Assembly: GCF_000485595.1 (NCBI RefSeq)
Contig: NW_014577085.1
Location: 371,963 to 435,962 of the forward strand
Direction: 5' to 3'
Source: Priapulus caudatus
Taxonomy: Eukaryota
DNA: 64,000 nt
The notes below the pieces were generated by a model, which did no database searches, was not told where the DNA came from, and saw nothing but the letters and a program-made list of their open reading frames with translations. Position numbers and translations under genes: made by a program. Positions within the stretch are counted from its first letter, which is position 1; every line of letters begins with the position of its first letter. Positions 63,458 to 64,000 of the stretch are shown here, piece after piece.

Positions 63458-63800
63458 CACTGGCAGCAAGAACAAGTTCGCACCTGCAGCTACAGCACAC
63501 ACGCATCTATTGACTATATATAACAACATGGTGCCTAACTCGCCGCCGCACGGACCACAACTCATCGTTTTCAATCAGTTACAACTCTGGTGTTCCTGCA
63601 GGTGACGCCACTTTCCAACTATCGTAGATTCAACGATAGTTGGAAAGTGGCGTCACCTGCAGGAACACCGCAGTTGTAACTGATTGAAAACGGTGAGTTG
63701 TGGTCCGTGCGGCGGCGAGTTAGGCACCATGTTGTTATATATAGTCAATAGATGCGTGTGTGCTGTAGCTGCAGGTGCGGACTTGTTCTTGCTGCCAGTG
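63458..63800. mobile_element. 343-bp near-perfect palindrome, P-like MITE
   Basis: CACTGGCAGCAAGAACAAGT termini, very short loop near 63629, perfect 8-bp TSD GTAATGAC. Confidence 0.9.
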
Positions 63801-64000
63801 GTAATGACTAATTAGTAATGTGCTGACTTGTATTGTAATACAAGTTGTATTATCCCCCGATGACCTGTTGAGTGTTGTGAGTGTGTCCATCCCCGTGCTG
63901 AGCCTGCCCCCAAAAGTCTGAGTACGAGGTTGTACCTTGCTAAGACTGACCTGTACTGTGCTCAAATTGGGCTGATATAGTCTTACTTAAAGTGGATAAT

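Overview
Eukaryotic, intron-rich invertebrate metazoan DNA from a draft assembly (N gaps, some indel-noisy gap-fill, TTAGGG-type repeats, a U12 intron, a motile-cilium gene); the species cannot be determined from the sequence alone. Genes reconstructed by eye: an extremely GC-rich rhodopsin-class peptide GPCR (-, ~6.0-7.1 kb, with its C-terminal tail displaced to ~3.5 kb), a secreted C-type lectin-domain gene with at least 3 exons (-, 14.0-22.1 kb), six 3' exons of MSH6 with no recognisable upstream exons (+, 25.2-32.7 kb), BRF1 (TFIIIB 90 kDa subunit; -, 35.9-49.2 kb, with one U12 intron and one GC-AG intron) and an RSPH4/RSPH6-type radial spoke head gene (-, 54.2-61.7 kb). The non-coding space is packed with non-autonomous elements: Helentron/HINE-like elements, hAT-, PIF/Harbinger- and Tc1-like MITEs, two dead R4/Dong-type retrotransposon 3' fragments, P/Galileo-like foldback palindromes from 30 bp to 1.15 kb, and several unrelated TIR families that carry internal telomeric (TTAGGG)n tracts, two of them with a tRNA-like Pol III promoter. 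The most unusual signals are the telomere-repeat/tRNA cassette shared across TIR families, the 30-50 bp hairpin elements with 7-bp TSDs, the headless MSH6 and a minisatellite born from retrotransposon coding sequence. All coordinates were read manually and may be off by a few bases.
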